Counted from the first letter of the stretch, positions 48,595 through 58,836 are shown. The stretch is 64,000 nt of DNA from Planctomycetota bacterium (GCA_032128395.1 JAQBGV010000194.1:13120-77119); one strand, 5' to 3'. The notes: generated by a model from the sequence alone, not told the origin. Made by a program: numbers and translations.

Positions 48595-49679
48595 GAGGAA
48601 GGGGCCGGGTTCGTCACCGCCTTCGGCTGGCGAGCCCGCGCTTCGGCGAGGCGTTCCTCGGCGACATGATCCGCCGCGCGCTCCGGAGTGATCCCCTCAC
48701 GACGGGCAGTCGTGAAGATTTCCTTGAGCGCGGTGTAGATGTTCTCGATCTTGTTGACCGCGATGCGCTCGTCGTACCCCCCCGGTCGCACCTCGGTTGA
48801 GACGTTGATGATCCCCCCGGCGTTGATCACGTAGTCGGGCGCGTAGAGGATCCCCCGCTCCGCGAGCATCGGACCGTGGCGCGGCTCGAGAAGTTGGTTG
48901 TTCGCACACCCGGCGACGACCTTCGCCTTGAGCCTCGGGATCGTATCGTCGTCCAGGATTCCGCCGAGCGCGCACGGCATGAAGAAGTCGCAGTCGACGT
49001 CGTAGATCTCATCGGAGGAGACCAGCTCTACCCCGGGAAGGGCCTGGAATTCCTCGCATCGCTCTTCTGAGAGGTCGGAGACGGTGATCCACGCGCCGAG
49101 CATCGAGAGCCCGAGGACCACATCCCCCCCCACGTGACCGAGCCCCTGGCAAGCGTAGTGAAAGTTGTCGAGACGGCTGGTGCCGAACGCCTCTTCGGCG
49201 CAGGCGCGCAGCCCACGCATCACCCCGCGTGCGGTGAAGGGAGAGGGGTTGCCGCTGGAACCGGAGCGTCGCGAGAGGCCGGTGACGTGCTTCGTCTCCT
49301 TTCGGATCCACTCGAGCTCCCGGATTCCCACTCCGACATCCTCCGCGGTGATGTACCGCCCACCCAGGCTGTCGATGAAGCGCCCCATCGCGCGGAAGCG
49401 CGCCTCGGTCTTCTCGGTCTTCGAGTCCCCGATGATCACGGCCTTTCCGCCCCCGAGACCGGTGTCTGCACAGGCGGATTTGTAGGTCATCCCCTTCGAC
49501 AGGCGCAGCACATCGCGGAGCGCCTCTTCCTCGCTGGTGTACTTCCACATCCGCAGCCCGCCGAGCGAGGGACCGAGGGTGGTGTCGTGGATCGCGATGA
49601 GGGCGTGGAGTCCAGATTCTTTGTCCTGGGCCACGACAACTTTCTCGTAGTCATCGACTGGGATTTCTCTGATCTGCAT
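48591..49679 (-). CDS. Leucine dehydrogenase (Glu/Leu/Phe/Val dehydrogenase family)
   Basis: GPSLGGLRM, GMTYK, GGGKAVI, YITAEDVG, GLGHVG, ANNQL and PDYVINAGG motifs. Confidence 0.93.
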   Translation of the reverse strand: MQIREIPVDDYEKVVVAQDKESGLHALIAIHDTTLGPSLGGLRMWKYTSEEEALRDVLRLSKGMTYKSACADTGLGGGKAVIIGDSKTEKTEARFRAMGRFIDSLGGRYITAEDVGVGIRELEWIRKETKHVTGLSRRSGSSGNPSPFTARGVMRGLRACAEEAFGTSRLDNFHYACQGLGHVGGDVVLGLSMLGAWITVSDLSEERCEEFQALPGVELVSSDEIYDVDCDFFMPCALGGILDDDTIPRLKAKVVAGCANNQLLEPRHGPMLAERGILYAPDYVINAGGIINVSTEVRPGGYDERIAVNKIENIYTALKEIFTTARREGITPERAADHVAEERLAEARARQPKAVTNPAPSS

Positions 49680-49729
49680 TCGTGATCGCCTCTCTCGGTG
49701 GACGTGACCCGGGGGTGGGTCATCGTTCG

Positions 49730-50090
49730 ATCGGAATGGCGTAGCACGCCGCCATCCTGAGCCGGGAATCCTCCTCGTACCACCGATGGAACAACCGTGA
49801 CGAAGCAGTCGGATCCTGGGCGGTCGCGCGACAGCGAGGAGAGCGCGTCGGCTAGGAAAGCCAGCGCGTTGCTCCGGCGCCGTGGAGGGTCTCTGGGGGG
49901 CGGTCCGAAAGATCTGCCCAAGAGACCGCCACTTCCGGAAGGAACCACCGCCGGAAGGAACAGTCGCTGTCGGAAGGTCGAGACTGGACAGGAATCGGGC
50001 TCCGAGCCCCCCCGAAAGGGGGATTGTACAGACCCCCTCTGCGGTGCAACAGCGTTTCCCTCGCCAGAAGCGCCGCAGGAGTAGCTCTCC
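49730..50090 (+). ncRNA. Candidate structured, GGA-rich small RNA or leader region (unassigned)
   Basis: ~500-bp divergent intergenic gap with several hairpins (AGGAA loop, GAAA loops) and repeated CCGGAAGGAAC. Confidence 0.25.
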
Positions 50091-50199
50091 AGCGGGGTTG
50101 CGTTCCCTCGGGGGGTGACGTAGACCTCGTGGCCCGGGTGATCCTCCACGGGTGGATCTCGGGAGGGTGGACTTTCGGCCGAGCGGTGGACGGAGCGGC

Positions 50200-51585
50200 G
50201 TGCAGTACCACGGATTCCTGATGCGGCGGTACATCTTCCGGCGCACGATCCCCTATGCGGCGGTCCTCGCCGTGGCATTCGGTGTCTTTTCGTTGATCCC
50301 CGTCCTCGCGGTGATGGAGGGGTTCAAGGAGGAGATGCGCGGGAGGATCCGAGGGAGTCTCTCGCACCTCACCCTCTTCAGCCGATACACGTCGACCTTC
50401 CTCGGTGCGGATGATGCGATCGCCCAACTCGAGGCGATCGACCACGTCGAGGCCGCTTCTCCCTACGTCGAGACGCAGGGGATCTACCGGGCCTACACGA
50501 TCTCCCCCTGTCAGATTCGCGGAGTCGACCCGATCGCCGAGTCGCGGGTCGGCGACTTTGCCAGCTACCTCTTGAGACCCGAGGAGATCGGACCTCTCCT
50601 CCAGGATCCCACCGCCACCCTGCCGTCCGGGCGCACGCCCCTCACCGATCGAGAGATCGAACGGATGTTCTCTCTCGAACGGCGTCGCCAGCTCCAGCAG
50701 ACCAACGTGTTCGGGGAGGAGAACGAGGGATTCGGCTGGGAGAAGCCGCCGCAGCCGATCGTGGTCGGGATCGAAGCGTTGCGCCGAGAGGACACGAGGA
50801 TCGGTCACGTGATGGCGATTTCGAGCTTCTCCCCGATCGACCTCGAGTTCCGCGTGCAATCGTTCCTCGTCGTCGGAGCGTTCCAGACCGGAGTCTTCGA
50901 GCAGGACGAGCATTGGATCTACACCCCGATCCAAGCCGCGATCCAATACCTCGATCTCTTCGACGAAGAGGCGATGGACGATCGCGTCACCGGGATCTCG
51001 GTGCGGCTCGACGACTTTCGCTTTGCAGAGGCGGTGCGGGCCGAGATCGAGACGGAGGTCGTCCCGTACCTGAAGACTTCGGATGTCATCGTTCGTACCT
51101 GGGAGGACCAACGGCGCAACCTGCTGCGCGCCGTCGATATTGAGAAGCGCATCATCTCCGTGATGATGCTGCTGATCGTCCTCTTCGCCGGATTCATGAT
51201 CTTCTTGATCCTGACGCTGATGGTCATCGAGAAGACCCGCGATCTCGGCGTCCTCCGGTCCCTCGGAGCGACTTCGCGTGGAGTGGTGTGGCTCTTCCTC
51301 CGCCAAGGGATGACGCTGACCTTCCTCGGGATCATCGTCGGATTGATCGCGGGGACGCTCCTCGTCCAGAACATCAATCCGCTCCACGACGCGATCTTCC
51401 ACGCCACCGGCTGGCGGTTGTTCCCCCCGGACATCTACTACCTCGACCGCATTCCGACCCGGATGCTCCTCGCGGACTGGTTGATCGTCATCGTCCCGGC
51501 GATCGTCTGCGGTCTGCTGGGCAGCATCGTCCCCGCGTTCTGGGCCGCGCGTCGAGATCCGATCGAGGCGCTGCACCATGAGTGA
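50200..51585 (+). CDS. Lipoprotein-releasing ABC transporter permease (LolC/E family)
   Basis: VLAVMEGF, VIEKTRDLGVLRSLGA, IYYLDRIP and PIEALHHE motifs. Confidence 0.9.
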   Translation: MQYHGFLMRRYIFRRTIPYAAVLAVAFGVFSLIPVLAVMEGFKEEMRGRIRGSLSHLTLFSRYTSTFLGADDAIAQLEAIDHVEAASPYVETQGIYRAYTISPCQIRGVDPIAESRVGDFASYLLRPEEIGPLLQDPTATLPSGRTPLTDREIERMFSLERRRQLQQTNVFGEENEGFGWEKPPQPIVVGIEALRREDTRIGHVMAISSFSPIDLEFRVQSFLVVGAFQTGVFEQDEHWIYTPIQAAIQYLDLFDEEAMDDRVTGISVRLDDFRFAEAVRAEIETEVVPYLKTSDVIVRTWEDQRRNLLRAVDIEKRIISVMMLLIVLFAGFMIFLILTLMVIEKTRDLGVLRSLGATSRGVVWLFLRQGMTLTFLGIIVGLIAGTLLVQNINPLHDAIFHATGWRLFPPDIYYLDRIPTRMLLADWLIVIVPAIVCGLLGSIVPAFWAARRDPIEALHHE

Positions 51586-52375
51586 GGGAACGATCGAACC
51601 CGATGGGTTGGGCGCGGCGGTGGATCGCGACGGGTCGCGTCGCGAGGCCCCGATCGTCCTCGAGGCCCGCGGGATCTCCCGGCACTACATGCTCGGGGAC
51701 AAGAAGCTCGAGGTGCTGCGCGGGATCGACCTGGTGGTACGCGAGGGGGAAGTCGTTTCGGTGATGGGGATGTCCGGGGTGGGGAAGAGCACGCTCCTCC
51801 ACATCCTCGGACTTCTTGACACCGCCTCGAGCGGGACGGTGACCTACCACCTTCCGACCGGGCCGGTCGAGGCCTCGGGGTTGAGTGAGGAGCGTCGCGC
51901 GGAGCTGCGGAACGACCACATCGGGTTCGTCTTCCAGTTCTACCACCTGCTCCCCGACCTCAACCTGATCGAGAACGTCCTGCTCCCCGCGATGATCCGC
52001 CGCTCCGCGGCCAGCTATCGTCGCGAGCGCAAGGATCTCGAGCAGCGCGCCCACGCATTGATCGACCGAGTCGGTCTGAACGGGCGCGAGTCCCAGATGC
52101 CGAACACGCTGTCGGGGGGCGAGCGCCAGCGGGTCGCGATCTCCCGAGCGCTGATGAACGAACCGAGGATCCTCCTCTGCGACGAGCCGACCGGCAACCT
52201 GGATGCGCGCACCAGCGATCAGATGCACGAGCTCTTCGCCGAGCTGAACGACCGTTACCGCACCACCTTCTTGTTCATGACCCACGACCCGAGTCTGGCC
52301 CAACAAGCGGAAGTGCAGAGGGTGATGATCGACGGCCGCTTCGAGGAAGTGTCGCTCCCGGAGAGTCGGAGTTAG
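51578..52375 (+). CDS. lolD: Lipoprotein-releasing ABC transporter ATPase
   Basis: GMSGVGKS, GFVFQFYHLL, LSGGERQRVA and DEPTGNLD. Follows the LolC/E gene. Confidence 0.88.
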   Translation: MSEGTIEPDGLGAAVDRDGSRREAPIVLEARGISRHYMLGDKKLEVLRGIDLVVREGEVVSVMGMSGVGKSTLLHILGLLDTASSGTVTYHLPTGPVEASGLSEERRAELRNDHIGFVFQFYHLLPDLNLIENVLLPAMIRRSAASYRRERKDLEQRAHALIDRVGLNGRESQMPNTLSGGERQRVAISRALMNEPRILLCDEPTGNLDARTSDQMHELFAELNDRYRTTFLFMTHDPSLAQQAEVQRVMIDGRFEEVSLPESRS

Positions 52376-52390
52376 AGGGAGAAGCGATCC

Positions 52391-53002
52391 CTACCCCGAC
52401 CCCATCTCCACCGTCCGCACCCCCGGCCACCCCCGATGACTCGCGAGCACCACGATCCTCCCCCGCGCGAGTTCCCCTCGGATCACCGCTCGCACCAGCG
52501 CTTCCGTCCCGTCGTGCTGGGCGCTCGTCGGCTCATCGAGAAGGAGTACCCGCGGATCCGGGGCGAGGGTCCGCAAGAGTGCGGCGCGTTGCGCTTCGCC
52601 CCCGGAGAGCCGGGCCGGTCGGCGGTCGAGGAGCGCGGTGATCGCGAGTCGATCGGCGAGGTCGTCGATCCTCTCCCCCGCGCCCGGTGCCGCCAGTTCC
52701 GCCTGCCCGCGAACGGTGAGGTGCGGCCACAGCCCGAGAGCCTGGAGCAGGACCCCGACCCCTCGACGCCAGGGAGCGACGGTGGGGACCCCGGGGCCCT
52801 CCCACGTCGTGTCGCCGAGTCGCACCGTCCCCCCGAACGCCGGCACGAGGCCGGCGAGAGTCTCGAGCAGGGTGCTCTTGCCGCAGCCGTTCTCCCCGAC
52901 GAGTTGGGATGCTTCCCCCGGCTCGAGGTGAAGATCGTAAGGCCCGCCGCGGAAGCCCCCGCGACCGGTTTCGAGCCGTCCGACGACGAGCGCCTCGCTC
53001 AT
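52391..53002 (-). CDS. ABC transporter ATP-binding protein
   Basis: GENGCGKS, LSGGE and LLDEP motifs. Confidence 0.88.
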   Translation of the reverse strand: MSEALVVGRLETGRGGFRGGPYDLHLEPGEASQLVGENGCGKSTLLETLAGLVPAFGGTVRLGDTTWEGPGVPTVAPWRRGVGVLLQALGLWPHLTVRGQAELAAPGAGERIDDLADRLAITALLDRRPARLSGGEAQRAALLRTLAPDPRVLLLDEPTSAQHDGTEALVRAVIRGELARGRIVVLASHRGWPGVRTVEMGSG

Positions 53003-54480
53003 CCCGCCCCCTTCGCTCCCCGACCGACCCTTCCGATCACCGCCACGAGGATGCCGGCCGCGGCCGCCAGTGCCAGGGAGAGCCGCGCAGCTTGGACGTC
53101 GTAGCGATAGTGGAGGAGTTGGTGCAGCTCGACCGCGGGGAGAAGGCGGCCCGGCGGCACGACGAGAGATGCGCTCTCGACCTCGCCGAGGATCAGCACC
53201 ACCAGGATCGTCGCGCTCGCGGTGATCCCTCCCACCGCGCGCGGCAGAAGGACGCGGAATCGGCGAGTCATCGGCGAAAGCAACGACGCCGCGTCGCGTT
53301 CGGCGCGGGGGATGGTGCGATCGGCGATCCTCCCGAGCAGCACCGCGACGCCGAGAAAACGAACCCCCTGCGCGAAATCGAGTGGGATCGTCCCGTCCGC
53401 GATCCAGGCGGGCAGACGGGGAAGGCCCCCCTCGAGGAGGATCAACGCGGGGAGGCACCCCGGAAGCACGAGGGGGAGTGCGGCGAGCGCGGTGCCGACC
53501 CGACCGACTCCGATGCCGATCCGCCAACCGACGAGCGCGAGCGCGAGCGAGAGTGGAACGACACGGAGGATATCGAGACCGAGGGCCGCGATCCATCGCG
53601 ACGCCTCCGACTGCGCCAGTGCGAATCCTTCTTCGAGCGCATCATCGCACAGCCCGCCGAGACCGAGCATCGCCAGCAGCGCGGGAACGAATGCGATCGC
53701 GGTGGCGACCACCGAACGCGGTGCGAGAGGATCGGGGCGTCCGAGGGAGGCGGGAGCGGCCTCGAGAGCGATCGTCGCGGTCGCGAAACGGAGGAGAGGT
53801 GCCGCGATACCGAGGCAGACCGTGCACCAGAGCCACCCTTCCAGGTCGCTCCCCGACGCGGTGAAGGCGGCGAGCGCGCGCGGGCCGATCGTCTCGACAC
53901 CGGTGTAGGCGGGGATCTCGATCCGCGGCAGGAGGAGCAGGAAGGAGAGACTCCCGAGTCGGAGTGCGACCGGCGCGGCGCGGGCCGCAAGGAGTCGGGC
54001 CGCGCGACCGGGCGACAGTTGAGATCGCATCGCGAGACGCTCCGCCCTCGGAACTGCGGCGAGGGAGCGTGCGACTCCCCAGAGAACGAGCGGGGCCAGC
54101 TGCACCGCGTGGAGGAGCGCCGCCCCGACCTCTCCGCGCACCAGCACCACCAGCGAACCCCCTGCGAGCCAGGACTGTGCGGCGGTCGTCACCACCACCG
54201 ACGGCAGGAGGAACGGGGCGAGCAGAAGCGGCGTCCAGAGGCCGCGCGCGGGGATGCGATAGGCGGAGACCAGCACACCGAGCGCGCCGCCGACGACGGT
54301 GGCGAGCGCAGCCCCGCTCCCGGCGACCACAAGGGTACGCGCGACCACCGCGATGACGCTCGAGATCCCGCCACTCCCCTCTCCCGATTCCGCGTGGAGG
54401 ATCCAGAGCAGCGCAAAAAGTGCGAACGGCCCGAGTGCGAGAGCGAGGAGGAGTCGCGCACCACGGTCGGTCTCGCGCAT
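52999..54480 (-). CDS. Fe(III)/thiamine-type ABC transporter permease (two fused TM modules)
   Basis: Highly hydrophobic with two EAA-like loops (PRAERLA, PRAERDAA). Confidence 0.75.
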   Translation of the reverse strand: MRETDRGARLLLALALGPFALFALLWILHAESGEGSGGISSVIAVVARTLVVAGSGAALATVVGGALGVLVSAYRIPARGLWTPLLLAPFLLPSVVVTTAAQSWLAGGSLVVLVRGEVGAALLHAVQLAPLVLWGVARSLAAVPRAERLAMRSQLSPGRAARLLAARAAPVALRLGSLSFLLLLPRIEIPAYTGVETIGPRALAAFTASGSDLEGWLWCTVCLGIAAPLLRFATATIALEAAPASLGRPDPLAPRSVVATAIAFVPALLAMLGLGGLCDDALEEGFALAQSEASRWIAALGLDILRVVPLSLALALVGWRIGIGVGRVGTALAALPLVLPGCLPALILLEGGLPRLPAWIADGTIPLDFAQGVRFLGVAVLLGRIADRTIPRAERDAASLLSPMTRRFRVLLPRAVGGITASATILVVLILGEVESASLVVPPGRLLPAVELHQLLHYRYDVQAARLSLALAAAAGILVAVIGRVGRGAKGAG

Positions 54481-54531
54481 CGCTCCTCCGCTTCCGGCTG
54501 GGGACTGGCTCCGCGAGGCGGTGCGGGTCCC

Positions 54532-55539
54532 CTACAAGCCGAAGACCTCCCGTGCGATCTCCAGCGCTCTCGGCAACGCCGCCGCCGCTTCCTCGAGCGA
54601 AATCGACATCCGCGGCACGTCCTCGAGCCGCAGACCGTTCTCGGGCACCGGCACATCGGGCCGCAGTGGGATCTGTCGCGACGGCGAACTTGCGAGCTCT
54701 TCCTCGATACGCGGGTCGAGCAAGAACTCGATGAGCGCGCGACCCTGGTCGGGGTGTGGCGCGCCGGCAACGAGGGCGACGGTGTTCGGGAGGATTAGCG
54801 TTCCCTCCGCCGGGAAGAACCCCTCGTCGATCGACCGGCCGCGCCGGCGCACCACCTCGACGTCGTCGGTGTCGGTCAGCGCGAGGATCGCCTCGCCGGA
54901 GAGCACTCGGTCGCGGCTGGTCGAATTGCCCGCGACCACCTGCACGACGTTCTCGACGAGACCGACGAGGAATCGCCGGAAACGATCCTCGCCCCAGAGG
55001 GCGAGGAGAGCCGCGAGATGGCTCCCGGTCGTGCCGAATCGAGGATCTGCGATGGCGATCCTTCCCCGGAACCGTGCGTCGAGGAGACCCTCGAGCGTCG
55101 TCGGGACCTCGCGCCGGTCGAGACGGGCCGGGTCGAACGCGATGACCCTCGCCCGCGCCGCGAACCCGGTCCATCGATGTTCGGGATCTCGAAACTCCGC
55201 CGGGATCCCGGTCGCCGACTTTGGCTCGAACGGCGCGAAGACACCTTCGCCGGCGAGACGCACCGTCCGGAGCGGTTCGTTGCTCCAGAGGACATCGCAC
55301 CGCGGTCGGGACCTCTCACGCCGCAGCCGTTCGATGAGACCGGTCGTCTTGGTCGCCTCGGTGTCGAACACCGAGCGGGCACGGATGCCGGTCTCCGCCT
55401 CGAACCGCGCGAGGACCTCTCGGCTGAAGACCGGATCGAGCGAGGTGTAGACCACGACTTGAGGGCCGTCGTCCCCCCCGACGCAGCCGACCGCGATCGC
55501 GGCGACGGCGAACACCGACAAAACCACGCGTCCCCTCAC
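54532..55539 (-). CDS. Fe(III)-type ABC substrate-binding lipoprotein
   Basis: Lipobox IAVGC; VVVYTS, FEAETGI, DTEATKT and TDTDD motifs. Confidence 0.85.
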   Translation of the reverse strand: MRGRVVLSVFAVAAIAVGCVGGDDGPQVVVYTSLDPVFSREVLARFEAETGIRARSVFDTEATKTTGLIERLRRERSRPRCDVLWSNEPLRTVRLAGEGVFAPFEPKSATGIPAEFRDPEHRWTGFAARARVIAFDPARLDRREVPTTLEGLLDARFRGRIAIADPRFGTTGSHLAALLALWGEDRFRRFLVGLVENVVQVVAGNSTSRDRVLSGEAILALTDTDDVEVVRRRGRSIDEGFFPAEGTLILPNTVALVAGAPHPDQGRALIEFLLDPRIEEELASSPSRQIPLRPDVPVPENGLRLEDVPRMSISLEEAAAALPRALEIAREVFGL

Positions 55540-56210
55540 TCGACCCACCGCCCATCCCGCATCGTCAGCACTCGATCTGCGCGCGCGGCGACCGCCTCCG
55601 AGTGCGTGACGAGAAGGAGCGACACCGCGTCCTCTTTCTGCATCGCCTCGAGCAGATCGAGGATTTCTCCCCCAGTTTTGCTGTCGAGATTCCCGGTCGG
55701 CTCATCGCACAGGATCAGCGGGGGACGCTTGACGAGCGCGCGCGCGATCGCAACCCGCTGGCGTTCTCCTCCGGACAACTCCGAGGGGCGATGGAGGAGG
55801 CGCGGACCGAGTCCGACCCTCTCGAGAACCGTGGTGGGATCACTCGGTGGATCTCCCCCCGAACGTCGGTAGTCGAGGGGGAGGCGGACGTTCTCGATCG
55901 CGGTGCGGTCGTTCAACAGGTGGAAGGACTGGAACACGAAACCGATCGTGCGGTTGCGGATCTGCGCGAGATCGCGGTCGGGAAGGCGGGAGACATCCCT
56001 TCCATCCAGTCGATAGGTGCCCGAGGTCGGCCGGTCGAGACACCCCGCGATCTGCAAGAGAGTCGTCTTCCCCGACCCCGACTCGCCGCGAATCGCGACG
56101 AATTCGCCGCGTCCGAGCTCGAAGTCGATCTCCTCGACCGCGGTCACCGCGGCCAGGCCATCGCCGTAGCGCTTCGTGATCGCGCGCATTTCGACGACTG
56201 GTTCGGGCAT
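55536..56210 (-). CDS. MacB/LolD-type ABC ATPase
   Basis: GESGSGKT, IGFVFQSFHLL, LSGGERQRVA and DEPTGNLD. Confidence 0.92.
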   Translation of the reverse strand: MPEPVVEMRAITKRYGDGLAAVTAVEEIDFELGRGEFVAIRGESGSGKTTLLQIAGCLDRPTSGTYRLDGRDVSRLPDRDLAQIRNRTIGFVFQSFHLLNDRTAIENVRLPLDYRRSGGDPPSDPTTVLERVGLGPRLLHRPSELSGGERQRVAIARALVKRPPLILCDEPTGNLDSKTGGEILDLLEAMQKEDAVSLLLVTHSEAVAARADRVLTMRDGRWVE

Positions 56211-56232
56211 CACCACTTCCTCTTCCACTCGG

Positions 56233-57489
56233 TCACTCGCGATGATCACTGAGTACGGCCGCAGGGTCGAGCCGCGCGATCCGCTGCGCCGGGATCAGAT
56301 GCGCGAGCCACGCAGCGATGACCATGGCCGCGGGGGTCCCCCACACCGCGAGTGGAGGGAGATAGGGCGGCCAGTCGAGCACGGGACGGATGCCGAACTC
56401 GAGGATCATCCGTCCGATCCCGTAGCCGATCGGCACCGACATCACCGCGAGCAGGGTCGCTTCGCCGAGCAGTGGGAGCACGACCTGTGCACGAGTCGCA
56501 CCCTCCGCCCGCCGCAGCGCCACCTCCGGGTACCGCTCCTCGACCGACATGATGGAGATCGTCCCGGTCAGCACGACGACGAAGAGCAGATCGACGATCC
56601 AGATGAAATGCGACAGAGAGCTGAAGCGGTCGACGATATCGATCACGAACTCGACCCACCGGCGTTGGACGTGGAAGTAGGGCTCCATCTGGCGGGCGGA
56701 GAAGAACGACTCGAGGCGCGGCAGGATCGAATCGGCGTCGTCGGGGTCGGAGAGTTGCACGAGGACCCCGCTCGGCGCGTCGACCTCAGGGCGCCACGGC
56801 AGGTACACGTTCTTGAACTCGAGCCGCCTGGCGGTGATCTTTCGCGCCTGCGACTGTCCATCGAAGGCCTTGAGGTGTTTTCGCAGCGAGATCGGATCGC
56901 GGAACACGCCGAGCACGCGCACCGATCCGAGCTTGCCCGCGCGGAAGATCGAGATCACCTCCCCGACGAGCGCCGCGGGATCCTCCGGGCGGAGCTCCCG
57001 GGCGAGCGCCTCGTCGAGCACCCCGGGCATCGGGAGTTCCGGAGCGTCGGGAATCCGATCGCCCGCGTCGAGGAATCGCCCCGCGAGAAGGCCCGCCCGA
57101 AGGACCCCTTCGAAGCGAGGGGTGGTCGCCATCGCAGTCGTCGGCACCGACTTTTCTCCGCTGCGCAGGAGAACCAACTCCATTCTGAACGGGATCACCC
57201 CAGCGACCGCGCCACCGAATTCGCGTTCGAGGTCGGCGATCGCCGCGACATCGACCGGTCGCGTCCCTGCCCGGCTCTCCCCGATCAGGGTCACGGGGCC
57301 GACGGTCACCGGATTCAGGGCGGCGATCACGTCGATCCCGAGCGCCATCGCGTCGGACCGGATCGTCTGCCGCCCCCCTTCGATCGTCGCCACCGATGCG
57401 ATGACCGAGGCGAACCCCAGGGCAAAGGTCAGGACGAGCAGAGCGGAGCGCCCGGGGTGTCTCAGGATCGGGATGATCGATTCACGCAC
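56233..57489 (-). CDS. MacB/FtsX-type ABC permease
   Basis: N-terminal TM, periplasmic domain, SVEERYPEVALRRAEGA, PAQRIARLDP. Confidence 0.85.
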   Translation of the reverse strand: MRESIIPILRHPGRSALLVLTFALGFASVIASVATIEGGRQTIRSDAMALGIDVIAALNPVTVGPVTLIGESRAGTRPVDVAAIADLEREFGGAVAGVIPFRMELVLLRSGEKSVPTTAMATTPRFEGVLRAGLLAGRFLDAGDRIPDAPELPMPGVLDEALARELRPEDPAALVGEVISIFRAGKLGSVRVLGVFRDPISLRKHLKAFDGQSQARKITARRLEFKNVYLPWRPEVDAPSGVLVQLSDPDDADSILPRLESFFSARQMEPYFHVQRRWVEFVIDIVDRFSSLSHFIWIVDLLFVVVLTGTISIMSVEERYPEVALRRAEGATRAQVVLPLLGEATLLAVMSVPIGYGIGRMILEFGIRPVLDWPPYLPPLAVWGTPAAMVIAAWLAHLIPAQRIARLDPAAVLSDHRE

Positions 57490-57498
57490 GATGGATAC

Positions 57499-58836
57499 TC
57501 ACGCTCTTCGGAGGAGATCGACCGGCGCGTGCCGGCTCGCCCGCCAGGCGGGTACCGCAGAGGCCGCGAGCGCCCCCACGAGAAGGATCGAGGCGCCTCC
57601 TGCGATCGTGCGCCACGGCCAGTCGATGGTCAGCAGGATGTTCGGATCGATCTTCACCCGTAGCCACGCGATCCCCATCCCGGTGAATACTCCGAGGACG
57701 ATTCCCACTGCCGCGAGGATGACCCCCTCCGCGATGAACTGCGAGAAGATGTCCGACCGTCGCGCCCCCTCCGCCAGGCGGAGAGCGATCTCCCGACGCC
57801 GTCGACTCCCGGCGAGGAGGAGCAGGTTGCCGACCACCGCGAGCCCGACCCCGGTCGACAGCCAGAAAAAAATGTCGTGGAGCGCCATGTACCCGTCGAG
57901 TTCTGGTCGGGAGAGGATCGACCACGCCGCATTGCTGTAGATCAGCGGGGTGCGGCCGTGGCTGACGAGACACTCTTCGACCGCCAGCTCGATCTCGCCG
58001 ATCCTCGCCGGGTCCGCGCGCAGGAAGATCCAGTCGAGGTGCTCTCCTTCGACGTGGGAGCGGTCGACGAACACCCCGCGACCGCTATCGAGGAACGGCA
58101 CCGGTCTCGGCGACACCCCCAGGGTCTCCATCAACTCGTGAATCAGCGCGGTGAAGGTGCGATCCTCCTCGAGACCGAATCGGTCGACCCCGGCCGACGC
58201 GGATTGCGCCACGATCCCGACGACCACCAGATCGCGACGAGCGGGTGCCCGGGGCTGCGGCTCGGCTCCGTTCGCAAGGATTTCGAGGCGGGCCGGGGCA
58301 CGAGGACCGACCGACTGCCAGAGCCGGAGTCGCGCCCCCAACACGCCGTCGGGGAAGCTCGACTCCGGGAGGATCGCAGCGGCGAGCGAGCTCTCGAGCG
58401 CCACCTCCAGCGATCCGTCCTCGCGCTCGGCCACACCCGGCCAGCTCCCCTCGGCGAGGGAACGCCTGCTGAGGGAGAGATGACGGTCCCCGGCCCCGAT
58501 CCACCAAGCGGGTTCCTCCCCCGGCCCGAGATCGAGGGGCTCGACCCGAAGTGCGGCGAGTCGCCCCTCGGGACCGATGATCTGCTGCAGGAGGAGAAGG
58601 TCCTCCTCGCGGGGCGCCGCTGCCCCCCCCTCTCCGGGGGAGGGCTCGATCTGAAGAAGATCGGTGCCGAGTTCACTCGCCCGTTCGAGCGCCTGTCGGC
58701 GGGAGCCGCCGATCACCGCAGCGGGGATCACCACGAGGGCGACCGCCCAGAGCATCCCCTGGGAGACCAGAAAGGTGCGAAAGGGGTGCCGAGCGCACTC
58801 CTCAGCGGCAATTCGCACGGCACTCCTCGCCGACAT
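57499..58836 (-). CDS. MacB/FtsX-type ABC permease
   Basis: HPFRTFL, RRREIALRLAEGA, QFIAE and PAWRASRHAP motifs. Confidence 0.85.
   Translation of the reverse strand: MSARSAVRIAAEECARHPFRTFLVSQGMLWAVALVVIPAAVIGGSRRQALERASELGTDLLQIEPSPGEGGAAAPREEDLLLLQQIIGPEGRLAALRVEPLDLGPGEEPAWWIGAGDRHLSLSRRSLAEGSWPGVAEREDGSLEVALESSLAAAILPESSFPDGVLGARLRLWQSVGPRAPARLEILANGAEPQPRAPARRDLVVVGIVAQSASAGVDRFGLEEDRTFTALIHELMETLGVSPRPVPFLDSGRGVFVDRSHVEGEHLDWIFLRADPARIGEIELAVEECLVSHGRTPLIYSNAAWSILSRPELDGYMALHDIFFWLSTGVGLAVVGNLLLLAGSRRRREIALRLAEGARRSDIFSQFIAEGVILAAVGIVLGVFTGMGIAWLRVKIDPNILLTIDWPWRTIAGGASILLVGALAASAVPAWRASRHAPVDLLRRA

Noticed and set aside
49700-50200. RNase P RNA or SRP RNA near rnpA
   Set aside because: Only fragments resemble them (GTGCAACAG, GAAAGTCC on the minus strand, CCGGAAGGAA). 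The ordered conserved regions and the SRP CAGG/AGCAG loop are absent.
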